The notes beneath the pieces are model-generated. The model had not been told where the DNA came from. It made no database searches and was given only the letters and a program-made list of their open reading frames with translations. Shown piece after piece: positions 61,041 through 64,000 of a stretch of 64,000 bases of DNA; positions within the stretch are counted from its first letter, which is position 1, and every line of letters starts with the position of its first letter. The position numbers and the translations under genes are program-made. The stretch lies in the NCBI GenBank assembly GCA_040357565.1, contig JBDODJ010000005.1. One strand, written 5' to 3'. Source of the stretch: Cercozoa sp. M6MM (Eukaryota > Protista > Endomyxa: Ascetosporea).

Positions 61041-63874
61041 GTAGATAGGTAGGTAGATAGGTAGATAGATAGACAGGAGAGAGAGGGGGAGGGCACAGTT
61101 GACGGGCGGCAGCGAGAAGCTCTTCCACGGCGCCGAGCTGCTGCCGAAGAAGGCGCCGATGAGACCCTGCGCCGACGAGGTGCGCCACACGACCACCTTG
61201 CTCTCTGGCACGGGTGCGTAGGCCGCCTGTACCACAGCATGTCCAGCCCACATGTCCAGTCCGCGGGCCCACACTCTCACTACGCTAGGGAAGCACACTA
61301 CCAGCTTAGTGCCGGTGGCCTCGTCGAAACTCAGCGCCGTCACTGTGGCGTCCAAGCCCTGGGGATCCGGGGATAAAGGGGGTAAAGAGTAAGCAAAGAA
61401 GGGGGTAAACAGAGGGGTGAAGAGCGGGTTGAAGAGAGGGTAAAGAGGGTGATAAAGAGGGTGATAGAGAGGGAGTAAAGATAGTGACAAAGAGGGGGGT
61501 AAAGATGGTGGCAAAGAGGGTGACAGAGGGGGTAAGAACCTTGAGCAGCTTGAAGCGCTGTCCCGTGCGCAGGTCGTAAACGACGACGTCGTGACTGGCG
61601 TAGGACGGCGTTGCCGACACTCGCGACGGCACCTGCGTCGCCTGCGCACGTGCCAAGTAGGTGGTCACAGTGACCCAAGTGAGACCCAGTGTGACCCAGT
61701 GGTAAGACACGTGGCCCAATGAGGCAAAAGATACCAGTAGCTGCGTCTGCTGGTGAAACGCCACGTTGGGAAACTTCGCCGCATTCAGCAGTCGCAGCGT
61801 CTGCTGGCACGACTCGCTCAGAGCACTGGGGGGGGGGGCGCGAAACAGGAGGACAAATAGGGGAGGTAAGAAGCCTACCGTCGCACAGCAGGCTCGTGTG
61901 GCGACAAACATTTGACCACCAGATGCGCCACGTGGAACACGTAGGGTGCCACCGTGCCCTACGAAGGGGGTATACAGGGGGATGAGGAGGTAAAGACGGG
62001 GGAAGGGGGAGGTAAACTACAGGAGCGTTGCGAGCCAGGTAGAAGGCGGCATCGACGGCACTCCGACGCCACGCCGGCGATCGACCCACTCGCGTCGCTT
62101 CCTGTACCATGGAGGTAAGGGTATAAGGGGTCAGGGGTAGGGGGGGTAAACCTTCTCCATCGTCGTCAAGAAGAGCGCTGGATCTGCTTTTCCGAATTTG
62201 AGCAGCGCCTGCTTGGCCGCGTTGAATAGTCGCCCCCCTCCCCCCGCGGGCCCCGCCCCCCGGGGGGCAACAGGAGGGGTAGGGGTAAACACACGTGCGA
62301 CTGTCGCAGGCGGCAGTGCAGCAGTCGCCGACAGAGCGACGCGAAACGCTCCTGTCCGCCCGGAAGCACGCTGCTCCACCGCGGCACCAGCTTGCCTGGG
62401 GTGGGGGTAAAGGGGGTGGCGGGGGGGCGGGGGGTAAACAGCGCTACCCAACAAATCGACACAAACAGCGACCGACGTCGCCGTCACTGGTCGTCGACTC
62501 CGCAGGTCGTTCTGGGGGGGGGGGTAAGAGGGGTAAGAAGGGGAAGGGGGTATAAATGCTACATCGTTGTCGTCGGCGTACTGTTCGAGTTGCTGCGCCA
62601 AACTGTTCAAGACAGGTACAGACACAAGTACAAGTGGACACATGTACAGACACATGGGTACAAAGGTACAGATGTACACAGGTACAGATGTACACAGGTA
62701 CAGATGTGCACAGGTACAGATGGACACAAGCATGTACCACACGACGAGGTGTTTGGCAGCGTCGACCGTGACCAAATCGGCGTGCTCCACTGCCACCACC
62801 GCCGCTGCCGGGGGGGGGGGTAAATAGGGGGGGTAAAAATAGGAGGGAGGTAATAGAGAGGCAAAGAGGGGGCATAAACGCGCGCACGCACCCAGCGTGG
62901 TGTCGAAAAGTTCCTGCGCGCGCGTCTGGTACTGCAGCGACAGCGCCAGTTCCTCCTGCACGTGCTGCCGCACCTGCACGGGGGGTAAGGGGGTAAGCGG
63001 TTAAGGGGGTAAGAGGGGGTAAACACACCTCGGGATGCGCGTCCAGCAGCAGCGAGAGCTGCGTGTGGCAGTGCGACTCGCGCAGTGACGACACCGACTC
63101 GGCACGTGCGCCCGACGGTGAGGCAGTGCCACTCAACTGGTTCTGGGAGTCGAGGTCACCCACGTGTCCACCCACGTGTCCACCCACGTGGCCACTCATT
63201 TCATCATCAGTGACACTGAGAGTAACGGTGTCACTGGCCGCGTGATCAGTGTTGCTGCCACTCGAGTGGTGCACCACGACACTGTCCGACAGCATCGGCG
63301 GCGGCGCGCGGCCTCCGCTGCCACACCGAGGTTATACCCCCCTTTACCCCTTCTTACCCCCTTATCCCCTCCCCTCATACCCCTTTACCCCCAGTTACCT
63401 GGTGTCCTCGGAAAGGGCGCACTGCACGCGATGCCGTCGCACGAAAAATTCGGCCACGACGCGCTCGCGCTGCCGGTCGCTGCAACGCGCCAGCACGCCT
63501 GCGCGAGGGTAGGGGTAAAGGGTGGGTTAAAGGGGTAAGTGTGGGGTGGGTGGGGGGGGGGGGGGTAAAACCGTGCAGCAGCAGCAGCGCCGNNNNNNNN
63601 NNNNNNNNNNNNNNNNNNNNNNNNNNNNNNNNNNNNNNNNNNNNNNNNNNNNNNNNNNNNNNNNNNNNNNNNNNNNNNNNNNNNNNNNNNNNAAAACCGT
63701 GCAGCAGCAGCAGCGCCGTCGTGGCGATCGTGTCGACGCGGTTGAAGGCGAAACGCAGCAGGAAACGCGCGCTGGCGTCGCTGCACATACACACACACTT
63801 ACCCCTCCTCTATACCCCCTCTTTACCCCTGTACACACACATACAGATACACATACAGACACATACACACACAC

Positions 63875-63920
<46 letters not shown>

Positions 63921-64000
63921 GGAGGGGGGAGAGAGAGAGAAAGAGAGAGAGAGGGGGGCTACACAAAGTGCGGGTCGCGTCGCGCACTAGCGCCAGGAGA
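60833..64000 (-). CDS. WDR7: WDR7/rabconnectin-3 beta-like WD40 protein, 3' part (gene continues beyond the window)
   Basis: AAKQALLKFGKADPALFLTTM; VAHLVVKCLSPHEPAVR; FPNVAFHQQTQLL; VVVYDLRTGQRFKLLKGLDATVTALSFD. These match the C-terminal pattern of WDR7-family proteins. Confidence 0.7.
61370..63830 (-). repeat. Intronic TTACCCC-type repeats of the WDR7-like gene (GGGGTAA on the + strand)
   Basis: Same motif, oriented with the minus-strand transcript in most introns. The tract at ~63335-63395 is C-rich on + and is an exception. Confidence 0.85.

Noticed and set aside
63567-63718. 26-bp direct repeat flanking a 100-N gap
   Set aside because: Typical unmerged contig overlap, i.e. an assembly artefact. 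Other gaps are at 28156-28255, 28560-28569, 31193-31292 and 43057-43066.

Overview
Eukaryotic nuclear DNA from a gene-dense protist with very many introns (mostly ~45-130 nt, GT-AG). The lineage cannot be fixed from this window. The supplied ORF track is largely misleading because exons are short, so I spliced the genes by hand; models are manual and unverified. About 18 genes, in order: F-box/LRR protein, FHA + PARP-type zinc-finger protein, cofilin, F-box hypothetical, ankyrin protein, EF-hand-like hypothetical, NT-C2/kinesin-14, two tandem paralogs ending in an F-box-like motif, a 7-TM GPCR-like receptor, RPL17, an actin-fold protein with an internal F-box, a secreted Zn-dependent phospholipase C/P1-nuclease-fold protein, a single-pass receptor-like kinase, PAN2, a nuclear hypothetical, an RGS + AIFM2/FSP1-like oxidoreductase fusion, and the 3' part of a WDR7-like gene. 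Most notable: (1) the RGS-flavoprotein fusion, with a probable lipidation motif; (2) a shifted 5' splice-site consensus (GTAC[C/T], +4 C), with introns filled by strand-polarised TTACCCC-type repeats; (3) several unusual domain architectures; (4) a small hairpin carrying 28S rRNA-like sequence between 9-bp direct repeats. I found no CRISPR array, tRNA, full rRNA gene or autonomous transposon. There are five N-gaps.
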